NCBI GenBank assembly: GCA_021613535.1
Contig: CP075493.1
Coordinates: 2,232,001-2,296,000, forward strand
Reading direction: 5' to 3'
Source: Adineta vaga
Taxonomy: Eukaryota; Animalia; Rotifera
Length of the DNA stretch: 64,000 nucleotides
In this document: positions 13,056 through 25,692 of the stretch, piece by piece
Position numbering within the stretch: the first letter of the stretch is position 1
Layout: every line of letters begins with the position of its first letter
Translations under genes and position numbers: made by a program
Notes under the pieces: model-generated
The model's input: only the letters and a program-made list of their open reading frames with translations
Database searches by the model: none
What the model was told of the DNA's origin: nothing

Positions 13056-15177
13056 TCAAAGGAAATATGCTTGTGTTTGATCGAGATAAGTTGCATCGGT
13101 AAATGTTTCTGATAATGGTTTGCTTGATTTGAGTTCTCGGAGCCAATTTTGAAGTTCCTCTTTGATTACTGGAAAGTGTCCTAATGTACGACGTGTTAAT
13201 TTCAATGTTCGACGTGATAAATACCAGTGACCTTGTGTTTTCCAAAATGTTTGAAATAAACGTTCTGCAAAAAAGGAACAAAATATTATTTAAAAAAAAA
13301 GAAATGAAATATGGAACAAACCTTTTGCCCAACCAGGGATACGACTTTCATCTTCATCTTCATTATCCGAATCTTGATCTGAACGTACATCTTCAATACC
13401 ATAATCACCATCAGTTGAATCATGAGTTGTATCACTAAAAAAAGAAAAGATTTTTAGATTAAAGATGTGCTCTGAAATCAACTAACGTCATTGTTGTATC
13501 AAGTTCAAGTTCATCATGATCATGTCCTGGTGTTGGTAGAATTGTCCAATCTGCTTTATGTTGTGCACTTGGTTGTGCTAATGAACTCGATGGTAATGTA
13601 ATATCATTTCTTTGTGTATTATTTTTATCGACCACGAATGTATATTCAGCATTTGCTAATGCTGTTGGTTTTTTCAAGCCAGTATTGATGGGTTGTTTGA
13701 ATATTTTATTTTGACCAAGAATCTTATTGCTTGTTGTATCGAGAACAACTGGTTTATATTGTTGTTGTTGTTGTTGATTGGTTTTTGGAAGATTAGTTGA
13801 TTCATTCATTGAATTATTAAATGTTGTTGAAGCATTAAAATTTGTACCTGGACCTTTTTTATTTGCTACAGCAGCGGTTTTCGCTTGATTATCGGATACA
13901 CGTAATTGATTTTTCTGTTCTTTATCTTGTTGAATTTGTTTAGCACGATGAAGAACTTCTTCACGTTTTTTTGCTTGTTCATGTACTAAACAATAGTAGA
14001 AGAAACAGAATTGATTGAATATATCATCAAAATATGAAAGATATTTTTCTCTTACATCTTTCAACTTTACGTTTACGTTCTTCTTGTTTTCGTTCTTCAA
14101 CAGCTCGTGCTAATTGTTCACGTTGTTCTTGACTAAGACGAGAAGTATTACCAGTTACCGATGGTTTACTACGAAATAATGTACGAGAATCAGGACGCTG
14201 TTGACGATCATTTGATGGACGAGCAAACTAATATTTTCAAAGAAACAAATTCGTTCTTGTCTTTTTCATTTTCAATTGATCTTACTTTACGAATTGCACT
14301 TGTTTTACCAGTACCAAATGCTGATATACGTTTGCCAGCGGACCATTTGGATGATAGTTTTTGCTGTAAAAGAAATTCAGAGTTATATTGACGAATAAAA
14401 GACTTGAGAGGATATTTACTGGTAGTTTTTGACCTGTCGTCGATGTTCGATTGGATGATGTGTTTAATTGTATCGATGTATCTTCATTATTTTCAATCAT
14501 TTTAGCTTGTTTTTTCTTTTTCGCTTTTTTCTTGATTATTTTTGGTGCTTCGTTTTCTTCATCACCAATGGCATCGACATAATTTTGATCATCATTATCA
14601 TCGAGAAGAATTGTATTGATTTGTTCATTTGTATTTGGTTCATTTCGAGGTTGTAATATTCGACTCGGTGACGAAGGTTGAACAATAAAACGCGATGGTG
14701 CTGGTGGATCAGGTTGCCATTGAATAGGTTCATATTCTATTGGTTGATCACCACGAAACGGAAGATAAAGTGGTCGATCAGAGAGTTTAGGATGATCTGT
14801 TGATGAAGAACCCAGACAAGCATCTAAGATTGTTGTAAATGATCTATGAAAATCAAACGAACTGAAATTTGTCCGAAAAATAATCAGTTATATAGTTCTT
14901 ACATGATTTCATTATTATTTTCAAGCCATTCATGTTCAATATCTTTTTGTATTTGTGTAATATCTGATGATCTAAAATAAATGAAGTTTCGTCATCATAT
15001 TTTTAAGAGATCTACATACTCATTTTCATATAATAATTTCAATGCATCGATATTTGCCGATGGATCATCATTATAATCTTGTATTGATTTGGCAATTAAT
15101 GCTGATGCAGCCGCAAAAGCACGTATATCATTAAATTCTAATTTATCAAATGCATCAATGGTATCAATAACCGACAT
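13056..15177 (-). CDS. INCENP: Divergent INCENP (inner centromere protein)-like, multi-exon
   Basis: N-terminal helical region (...EHEWLENN), then a low-complexity basic region, a charged EERKQEERKRK helix, and a C-terminal IN-box-like motif DYGIEDVRSDQDSDNEDEDESRIPGWAK. The last exon (13264-13056) ends ...QTQAYFL*. Confidence 0.6.
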
Positions 15178-15539
15178 CTACATTAGCAAAAAAAAAGGAG
15201 AAAATTTTTATCTTTGCAATTGAAATGCAACACAAAAGACAAAATCTAAACAAAATTTCAACCACTTCAATATATTTCTCTTTGTTCTCACACATACACA
15301 CAAATACAGATAGCAAAAGAAAAAAGGAAGTAAATACGTAGACATATAGACATATTTTTTTTGTCTTGTAACAAATACACAAAGAAAGTAGAGGTTACAT
15401 AGATACAAACAACAACATATTCAAATTGTCTCAATTTAAAATCGAGATTTTATATGGATATGAGCAGATAGAAAATGATCACTTGTTCTTATATTTGTTT
15501 TTCAAATGTATATGTACACCAGGCAGAAATTCAGGAAAG

Positions 15540-18500
15540 TTATTTATTATTACTACCAGGAGGTGCTACAGCACCATTGGTTGAACCAGCTCCTGCAGTT
15601 GCAGCCGCCACTGCTGCGGCTTGTTGTTGAGCAGCAGCTAATTGAGCATAATATGCTTGATAATACAAAGCAGTCGCATCAGGCATTTGAGTTTGTTGTT
15701 GTTGAGTGTCTGGTTGTTGGACTGTTAGTTGCGGTTGTTGTTGCTGCTGTTGTTGAGCTGCTTGACTCTAGAAGAAGACGAAAAAAATCGATTTTTATTA
15801 TGAAAAGAAATAAAGTTTTTAAGGAAATTAACCATTTGAGCCGTTTTTAACCATTGTGTCCATTGTTGAGTTATGGAATTTGCATCTTGTTGTGGTTGAA
15901 TTTGTTGTTGCTGAGGTTGTTGTTGCTGTTGTTGAGTTGCTTGTGGATTGAGTGCAGCTGCATATAATGCAAACCATGAGTCGAGTGAATTAGATTGTTG
16001 AACACCGGTTGGATTGAGACCTAATGCATTTTGTGGTTGTAAAGATAAACTAGCAGCTGGATTGTTCAGAGTTGGTTGTTGAGAAGTAAATTGTTGTTGT
16101 TGATGTGATGGTGGGTTTTGCAGTAGTGGTTGCGGACGTTGTTGTTGTTGTTGTTGATTTTGAAATGGATTTTGTTGTTGCTGCTGCTGTTGCATCGATG
16201 ACTAAAATATACAATAGTCGTATCAATTTAAATAAAATATTCTTCTAGTAGAATATTCCTCTTCTGATATATGTATAGAAAAAGATGGCTGAGTTACTTA
16301 CTCGATTTCCAAATCCTTGTCGATCATGATGTTGATTAAAATTATTGTTAGTATTATTATTATTATTTTGCACATAACCACCACCACCACTACCACCTTG
16401 GTGTTGAGAACTTTTATCATAATCATTAAACTGACGACCACGTTGTTGATTATTATAATCTGATCGGAAACCACCACCACCGCCGCCACCGCTACCACCT
16501 CGTTTATTGTCATGATATGATCCTCGACTATTAAATTGATTTCCACCTCGAAAATCTCCACGACCACGATGACCACCACTACCGCCACCACCACCACTAC
16601 CTCCGCTCCCATAGTCATTTCTTTGTTGTCCATGGAATCCACCGCGCCATCCATCATTCGATTGATTATTATTGTAATTATTGCCACCTCTTCCATGATA
16701 ACCTCCTTCATGAAATCCACCACGTTGATTATAATTATTATTCCTTGAATCTTGTCGATAATCAGAATAACCACCACCACCGCCGCCGCCGCCACGTGAG
16801 TAACCACCGCCACGATAATTATTATTATGACCACCACCACCGCCATAGTTGTCATTACGACGTGATGATGATGAATAACGTGAATCATCGCGAGATGTTC
16901 GACGATCACGATCACGATCTCTGTCTCGACTTCCACGTTCTCGTGAACGTGATCGATTATGCCGGTCACGATCACGATCGCGATCTCGACTACCATGATC
17001 ACGATCATCATAACGATTTCGGTCATTTCGTGAGGAACGATAATCATCATGTCGATCATAACGTGACGACGATGAACGATGTTGATCATAATCTCGACGA
17101 GCTTTATCATATAATGTTTTAGCATCTTCATAAGATAATTCAGGATAGATTACATCTTCTAATGATGAACTTTTTTGTGGAAAATGAAATTTAGCTAAAT
17201 TATATAAACTGAATAGATAACCGATAAACAATAATAGTTATTTTACCTTTTGCTTCGCGAATCCATTGAGATGGTATAGAAATATTTTCAGATCTTTCAA
17301 CTTTTTCAATACGTGTTCTTAATTCTTCATCATCTGGAACAATAACAGCACCTATACGCTGATATCCAGTAAATAATCGTTGACGTTTCGACTGAGTTTC
17401 TCGACTTAGATTTATCTAAAGAAATCAATTCAATAATACAAATCAGAAAAAAAAATAATTTCTTACATGATCGATAATATAATTTCGTCGACGTTGTGCA
17501 GCTATTTCGATTAACTTTTGTAAACAAACATTAATACGTAACATTAAACTATCATTACGATCTTTGATCGTCGGTAGTTTACCATCAATCTATAAGGAAA
17601 AAGAGAGAAATCCATTATATCTATGATGATATGAACACATCTCGAACAAAATTCCTTCTCTTCGCATATCATAGAACAGTTTTCAATCAAAAGAAAAGAG
17701 ACATACCGCCATTTTACTGAGAACATATTCCACATTGATTAAATTAAAATTTTTAGTTGGATTTTCTTCAATATATTTCTTAGCCCATGTTGTTTTTCCC
17801 GATCCATTCAAACCAGATAATAAAATAACTTGACAATCACTTTTTTCTACAATTGCTTCAGATGATCGTATTCGTTCATCTAATGGAATATTTTGTAAAA
17901 ATGTATATTCATTCTTCATTTCTGACCAAGGACTCTCCTAAACGAAGAACAATCAAAACATTAGTATCAAACAATTTTGTTCTAACTTACTAGTTGTCCA
18001 AAATTACATTCAAATTTAACATTTTTAACTAAAATATGAGGATAAAATACCAAACGATTTTCATTATTTTCATCCGAAAAATTCTTTCTATCGACTTCAA
18101 ATGCTTGACCATAATCTTGTCCATTTTTAGTAAATGATATACGAATTTTAACCTCCTCTTCTTCATTACCATCAAAATCAATATAACATCCAAGAATATC
18201 TGACAGACCAAATGATTCTCCATATGTATCTTCAGATAATTCATCATTTAATTTACTCATCTTCTTTCCACCATATGTATATGCAAAAGAATCATTAAAT
18301 TCACCTATATGAAATACATTTCATTTCAATAATAAAACTTGATCGCATTTCTTACCTAATTGTAGTGTATGAAGACCAGAATATAAATTTGACCATCCAA
18401 CACGAATACCAAATTTCTCTTTTTCACCATCAGGCATATGTGGACAATCAATAATCTCAGTAATCTAATAAGAAAGAATACGTATGCAAATTAAAAACTA

Positions 18501-19652
18501 CACTTAGTAAAAGTACATACTCGAATCTCATAACAAATCTTTCCTCGTTTAAAACCATAAGTTGCACGTGTACCAGCCCATAAGAAACATAAAGCATCGT
18601 TAGTTTTGTTTGACGCTGATAAACAATCTGTGGCAAATGTAAGATTTAAATCAGATGTATCTATATCGAGAAAAAAATTCAACGATCAAGTAGAATGCTT
18701 GAATATATGTATCACTTACAAAAATCCAGTACAACATCCTCTGGATTAAATTGTACTATTTCTTCTTCTGGAAGTGGAATTTCTTTTTCGGATGATCTAT
18801 TTAAATCAACAGATACATAAACAATTCTATTGTTTAACAAGTATTTGTGCACATACCTTTCCGAACGTCGACTACTATAATGTCGATCATCGTCATGTCT
18901 TGATGATCGATGATGATCTCGATCTCGATGTCTACTACTACTTGTGGTACTACTATTATCAAGATTATCATCATCATCAGATGTACGTTTTGTTGTTATT
19001 TGTTTTTCTGGTGATTCGTCTTCATCTTGTTCGGAACCCCAACGACTTTTTTTCTTTCGTCGTTGTTTCGATAATTCATCGTTTTCAATATCTTCATCTT
19101 GCATTTTTTCTAATTTCGATTCTTCACCTTCATCATTTTCTTTCTCTTCTTGCTCCTCCTGCTCCTCTTCTTCTTCTTCTTCGGTTAGTCGACGTTTTTT
19201 ACTACTGGTTGTATCCATTTCTTCCGTTGGTGGATTTTCTGATTCTATAGTATTTGGAATTGGTTCTGGTAATGGTTGTTCTTGTACATCATCATCTTCG
19301 TCTTCATCTTCAATAGCCTAAATTCAAAATAAATTCAAAATACAGAAGAAAAATGAAATGGATCAACGAACACTCGATGGAGATGATGTATCATCTTTGA
19401 CAACAGGTGGAGCTGATTCTTCATCGCTAGGATCTGGATTGCCAGTTGATGTTTCACTAACTAAAACAATCAATATGAACTTATTCTTGAACGATAAATT
19501 TGATCATTCTTACCTTCAGTATTATTATTCATAGCTTCACGTAAACGTGTGATTAATTCTGCTTTTCGTCCTTTTGTGTCAAGACCACGTTTTTTCAATT
19601 CATTTTGTAATTCAGTGACTTTCAATGCTTCCAAATCTTCAGTTTCTGACAT
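15540..19652 (-). CDS. HNRNPU: hnRNP U / SAF-A (HNRNPU/HNRNPUL1 family)
   Basis: SAP domain (LKVTELQNELKKRGLDTKGRKAELITRL), an acidic linker, SPRY domain (LWAGTRATYG...RVGWS), P-loop NTPase (GLNGSGKTTWA), and RD-, RGG- and Q-rich C-terminal regions. Many short introns; the last exon ends ...VAPPGSNNK*. Confidence 0.92.
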
Positions 19653-20511
19653 CTAAAATTAATCGATTTTTTACTTCAAATTAAGCCAGCTAGATGAAAG
19701 AAATGAAGAAAACAAAACAAATTTTTTCTTTCTTTCTTTCAACGTTGGTGCACTCCTTTGTTTGATCGACAATCGCATGAACCAATCCAATATCAAAGTA
19801 TAGAGGGCACCACAATACAGATCATTTCGTCTAAAATTTTAAATCGAAGGTTTTTTTTGATGTCGATGTATATATGTATGTCATATGCTATATGGATCTA
19901 CAAGACGATGTTTTCCACTACAGCTTTTGTATCATTATTGAATATATTCAACGATGAAATCTATTCATGAAATTTGGTTTTACAAAACGATATTAACTAT
20001 TTAATTCGTGTAGCAATTATACTGACTCAATTGAATTTATCTATTGAAAATAATGACTTTTTTCTTTTACTCTTCAGACAATCGTCATTCTATTGTTATT
20101 TATATTCAATATTCTAATTATATGATCTCCCTTTCCATGGATTCCTTAGTAATAATAATAATAAAAATGGGTCGTCATATCTCTTGATAGATTATCATAT
20201 ATGTCTCTTAGATAAAATTATTATAATCACTTATTTCTCCTTATAATAAAAAATAGTCTATTTTAATCCTTCTTGTTTCTAAGTGACACTTCACTTTTGC
20301 TTATTTTCTTTTTTAGAAATGCACTCAAAATGAAATCGTTGATATTCTTATCATGTTTTTCGTTTACTTAATTATCTAAACAACCTAGAAATGATTCTAT
20401 TTCTTCTATTCAATTCACATGAGATTTCTCTTAAGATATGAACTCATATTCTTCATTTTCTTTTTATTAATCATTGACGACTGTATACGAATAACGATCT
20501 AGATTAAAACT

Positions 20512-21831
20512 ATGTCAGAAACATTTTGTGAAAAATTTAACCGACATTTTTCATTGATAGTCTATGCCTTTAGTCCATCTCATATTAAAGATGTTTTTAT
20601 CAGTATGGCAACAACCTATGAAAGTAAAGTTCATCAATTAATTGTTCTCTCTAATAGTGTTAATTTCTTTTGATTAGCACCAAAAATTATATCAATTACT
20701 TCATTACCAATTGCAATTACTTGTCGTATTGTACAATTACTTATTTTAATCTATGCATTTGCTTATATTTTATGGTATAAACGTGGTTATCAAGATCGTG
20801 ATGCATCATTATTATCATCTGTAACACTTGAAGCAAATGGAATTGGTGTTTATATGAGTCATCCGCAAATGACAGTAGATAATGCGGATTATGTAGTTCC
20901 ACCCGAAGAAAATAATGCTCTATTTATTATGACAAATTATATTCAAACAGATCAACAACGAGGTTTGTGTGCTGAAGGAACGGACATTCGAGATTCCAAC
21001 TGTAATGTTGATTCGGAATGTGAAATTAAACGTAAAAATCGTATCATATGGAGTGGACGTTGGACAGGTAAATGTCGTCAACCTGAAGGTCGATGTGAAA
21101 TGGAAGGTTGGTGTCCTGTTGAAAATGATACCGTCATACCTAAACCAATTATTGGTACATTAAATTATACAATACATCTGAAAAATTTTATTGAATTTAC
21201 ACGTTTTAGTATTACACGAAGAAATATTCTTAATGATACAAGTTATTTTCGTACATGTATTTATCATCCAATTCATGATAAACTTTGTCCAATATTTCGT
21301 ATTGATGATATATTGAATATGGTTGAAGATGATGAAGAAGAACGGGAAAAAATGTTAATGAATGGTGCTGTTTTACGTATTAAAATTGATTGGATGTGTA
21401 ATTTAGATTTAGGTGAACAAGAATGTAAACCATGTTATTCATTTGGTCGATTAGATAGTCGATCGAAAGATGAACATTTTTCTTTTGGTTTTAATTTTCG
21501 TCATGCATCACATTGGAGAGTAAATAAAACATCCTATCGAACATTGCAAAAAGCATTTGGATTGAGATTTATCGTTTCTGTGAATGGTGATGCAGGAAAA
21601 TTTAGTTTATTAGTTTTAACATTAAATATTGGTTCAATTATTGGTGTACTTGGTTTAGCAACATTTATTTGTGATATTGTTGCATTATATTTTAGTGAAC
21701 AAGGTTATATTTATCGACGACAAAAGTTTCAATCAGTTCATTTGAAAACTATATCAATTAATTCATCATTTTCAACACCATCTTCCCTGCATAAGAGAAA
21801 AATGGCAAGAAAAATAAAACGACGAACATAA
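20512..21831 (+). CDS. P2RX: P2X purinoceptor-family trimeric ion channel
   Basis: Exon 20512-20623 plus exon 20678-21831. Motifs: YETPK, TM1 followed by KRGYQ, DYVVPPEE, CEMEGWCPVE, LCPIFRIDDI, WMCNLD, GFNFRHA, RTLQKAFGLRF, TM2 GSIIGVLGLATFICD, and YRRQK (YxxxK). Confidence 0.95.
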
Positions 21832-21941
21832 ATTCATATAACTCTTCATATGAGTACAAAAGAAAAAACTCGATTTTGTTTTTGCGAAGATAAAAGTCAT
21901 TTTCATAATAAAAGTCAATTGATTTGGCGCTAAATCAATCG

Positions 21942-23552
21942 ATGATGCATCGTTCATTACAAGAATTACTTCTGAATGATTATCTTGATTTTGATAATCA
22001 TACAAATGATGATGATATTTCCATATCATTTGATAATGAACGACATATACGTTATAATATAATTCATAATGAAAAATCTAATCGAGAATATTTTCGAAAA
22101 CTAATTCATCATCGAATTTATGATTATTTCATGGCATTTGTTGTTATATCATGTTCAATTACACTTGGATTAAGTTTAGAAACCGATAATGAATATATTC
22201 GAAATGAATATCGACAAAAATTTATTTATATTCTTGATGAAATTTTAATTGCAATACTTTTTGTCGAATTTATTATAAAATTATATTTAGAATCCAATCA
22301 TTATTGGCAAAATTGGACAAATATTTATGATTTTACAATTATTCTTTTTGGTTGTATTGAAATTTTTTGGAGTTTATTCTTTCAAAAATATAATTCAACT
22401 ATTACAAACTTACTCAAAGGTTTTCGTTTATTACAATTAATACGTTTATATCGAATCATTAAATTTTCTGAAGGTTTACAAGTATTAACAAAAGCATTAA
22501 TTAAAACTGTAATAACATACACATTCAGTGTTGGAATATTAGTTTTTCTTTTAATTTATGTCATTGCAGTTATTGGACAAATGCTCTACGGTAAATCAGA
22601 AGATAGGTAAATTTAATAGTGTTTTATTGTATTTTAAGAGAGTGCAGATATCGATTTTTAAATAACTTCGAACCCTTTTAGTTTTGTTTAGTCCATGGCA
22701 TCAGTTTTCTACATCATTAACTGTTGTAACAAGATTAATTTTTGTTGATAATTGGAATTTAATTGGACCAGATCTTGAAGAAAATGGTAGTCCACCTATA
22801 TCACGATGGTTTCTAGTAATTATTGTTTTTATTGGTAATCGAATTGTTACGAATGTACTTGTTGGAATTATGATTGAAAGTGTTTCATCAGTTAATGAAG
22901 ATTATATGAAAGAAAAACGCGAGAAGAAAGTTTTACGTAATCAACAAAAACGTGAAGAATTAAGTAAACGTATGAGAAAATTAGAAAGACAGACATTCTT
23001 TTCTTTTTTTTCCTATAAGTTTAACAATTTGAATTATTGTTTAGGAACAATTCAAGTCTTAAATACACGTTCTTCCGATACGAATAATAAAATAAATAGA
23101 ACAGAAAATACAATTGAACAAATTAAATCGAAATTAAAATTAATTCAAAATGAAACAATTTCACCGAAAGATTTTATCTTTTCCATTGATTGGTTAGACA
23201 AATTAATCACATGCAGGTAATAATCTATCATCATATTCATAAATCAAAAATGATTATATTTATTGACATTTCTCTAATTCAATGAATTTATTCTGTCTGA
23301 ATTGATAAAACTAAATAGAATTAATTGAATTAGTTTTAGAAAAAGTGCAAAGGTCTTCTTCTTTTTTTTTAGGTAGGAAATTAACGATCATAATTCTATT
23401 CTTATCGGTAAATTTCTAGTGAAAAATCTCAAATTGAAGCTCAATCAGTTCGTCATCTACTTATTCATCTTGTTCAATCATTATCGGATATAACTGAAGA
23501 AAATATGCGAAGATTTCGACATGAACAACATCACATTAGTTTAAACGAATGA
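21942..23552 (+). CDS. CATSPER3: CatSper3-like single-domain 6TM cation channel subunit
   Basis: Exons 21942-22606, 22692-22969, 23045-23216 and 23420-23552 join in frame. S1-S6 are present with a basic S4 (KGFRLLQLIRLYRIIK), pore FVDNW, S6 TNVLVGIMI and a C-terminal coiled coil. KLYLESNHYWQNWTNIYD and FSEGLQVLTKALIKTV parallel recalled CatSper3 segments (KVYVDPINYWKNGYNLLD; YSQGIRTLITAVGQTV). AATAAA follows the stop. Confidence 0.78.
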
Positions 23553-23590
23553 ATAAAGAAAATGACAAGATAAAAACAAATAAAATCAGT

Positions 23591-25692
23591 TCATTTTTCT
23601 ACTAAAGTATGCCATCGTGTAATTGTTTCACCTTTTGCTGCAAGCATTGCTTCCCAATGTGAACTTTGACCAGCACCAGTCGCATTATGACCTAAATAAG
23701 AAAAAGTTAACTCTATAGTCGAATGGATTGAGTAGAATAATTCTCTACCAAACGAAATCGAACCAAAATCTTGATCAATTGAATTAATTGCTTTTTTATT
23801 CAGAACAATTATCACAATTGTAATTTGTTCGAGAAAACTTTCTTGAATATTAAATGGATAACGTTCAGCAAAGATTGGATGATATTGTACATGTCGTATA
23901 ATTGTTTCATTTGTTGTTATAGTTTCTCCAGCTGTATTTCTTAGTAAGATTTGTACAGAAGTATCTAAAGAAAATTCATCAAACTGATTTATATTGTTCA
24001 TCATCATTATGACAACTTTTACCAGGTGCTCGACCATGTGTGGCTATTCCGAAATTAATTCCTTTTCCAATTTCAAGAATAAGCATCGATTGATTTCGAT
24101 CATAAGCTAGACCAATTTCTAATTCAGGTACAAGTGAATTCATAGATTTATCACCATTACGAATCAAAGAATTCTGTCGTGAATGAGAAGCACTACTTCC
24201 ATAAGAACGACTGCCAATATCCGAATCTTGTGAAGGCTAAAAATATGAGAAATTGATTATGATTATTACATCTATTATATACTAACATAAGCTCGTTCTA
24301 AAGGAACAATTTTACACATATCTTCATCGAGATTAACCATGGCAAACATAACTGTTGCTTCCGCCAGAAGTTTTTCACGTTTAAATCGTTCATATGTATA
24401 CAAACGAAATCGAATACCTTGGGTTTGAATAGTTTCTAAGAAATAAAAAGCAATGAAATGAAAGAAGAAACAACAACACAAGTTTCAAGAGAACACAAAC
24501 CAGATGAAACTTTGCAAAAGAATTCTTCAGCAAACATTGCATTATCAATAGGTTTAACACGTGTACGAAATCGGATACGTTTATTTGGTAGAAGAGTTAA
24601 ATGTACTTGAACAAGAGTTTGTTTCGATGAATTTTGAGTCATTTCTAAATTTGCTTTGATAACAAAGACCCACATTCGACTATTTTTTGCATCAAGTTTT
24701 AATCGAACTTCTAATGTTCCCCAGGAGAAACTATTCCATGGGCCATTTGCTGTTAATGAAGAATATTCACTCGAAGCAGATTTTGTATCCTAAATCAAGT
24801 AGAAAAATATCATTTTATTCTCTAAATCATTCAATTGGAAAATTTCTCATCATTTTGTACAAATTAACCGATATTCATTCATTATTACAAATATTTTCTC
24901 TCGGAAAAAGTTCATAAAACATCTTTATAATCTTGAAATGAATAAGTCTTCTTCTTACAATAGTTTTTTCCATGAACATGTGCATTAAAGTGCATCTAGT
25001 GACATGTATTATCGAGGGAAAAAAACGGTTTCTCTTGTGACATTATAGATGATGATCTACATGAATTCTAATAGAACTTTTTTTACTAGACCGAATATAG
25101 TATTCATCGCTGAAAGTTGTCATACCATACGATCTATTGGATATATTTATCTAAAAATAACCTCCATTCTTTTCTCTAAACTTCATTATTCTTGATGAGC
25201 TATGATATTCAAAACAGCACTTGAAATATTGTACTCATAATTATATCTAAGTGTTACCATAACAAAATCTTTTTCTTCTCTAAAAATTTTAGTTTAACAA
25301 AAACCGTACGATATCAGCTGGATCCATGGAAATATGATGACGACTTTTTCTCGATTTAACATTATGATTTAAAGATGGTGATGCAGGTGCTGAACATGTT
25401 TGATCAATAGAATCATTGTCAGTTGTTGAATTTCGTCTAGTTATTGCCATAATCGTTGTTCTTTGTCGATCGATATGTTTTCTAGCTAACGAATCCACTA
25501 AAATATCAAGAAAGAAATCTATACAACACGTTTCTTGAATGTTTTCTTATCTAAAACCTTTTTTTTCTACGGATTCATTTTCCTTATTTTCAATAATAAT
25601 TGGTATTTGAGTAGAATTTCGATTGTTTACATTGGGTGTTTTTGCTAGTGGCATTAATGTTCTATAATCATCATCAGGTAATTCTGTTCCAG
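23591..25692 (-). CDS. SYT14: Synaptotagmin-14/16-like tandem C2 protein (5' end uncertain)
   Basis: C2A: QVHLTLLPNKRIRFRTRVKP...FAEEF and IRFRLY. C2B: VPELEIGLAY...GRAPDTSVQILL. The C-terminal HWEAMLAAKGETITRWHTLVEK matches the SYT14/16 pattern. Multiple short introns; the start exon was not resolved. Confidence 0.82.

Noticed and set aside
16298-17131. 277-aa V/I/M-rich ORF and overlapping plus-strand ORFs
   Set aside because: Alternative-frame translations of the RD/RGG low-complexity region of hnRNP U.
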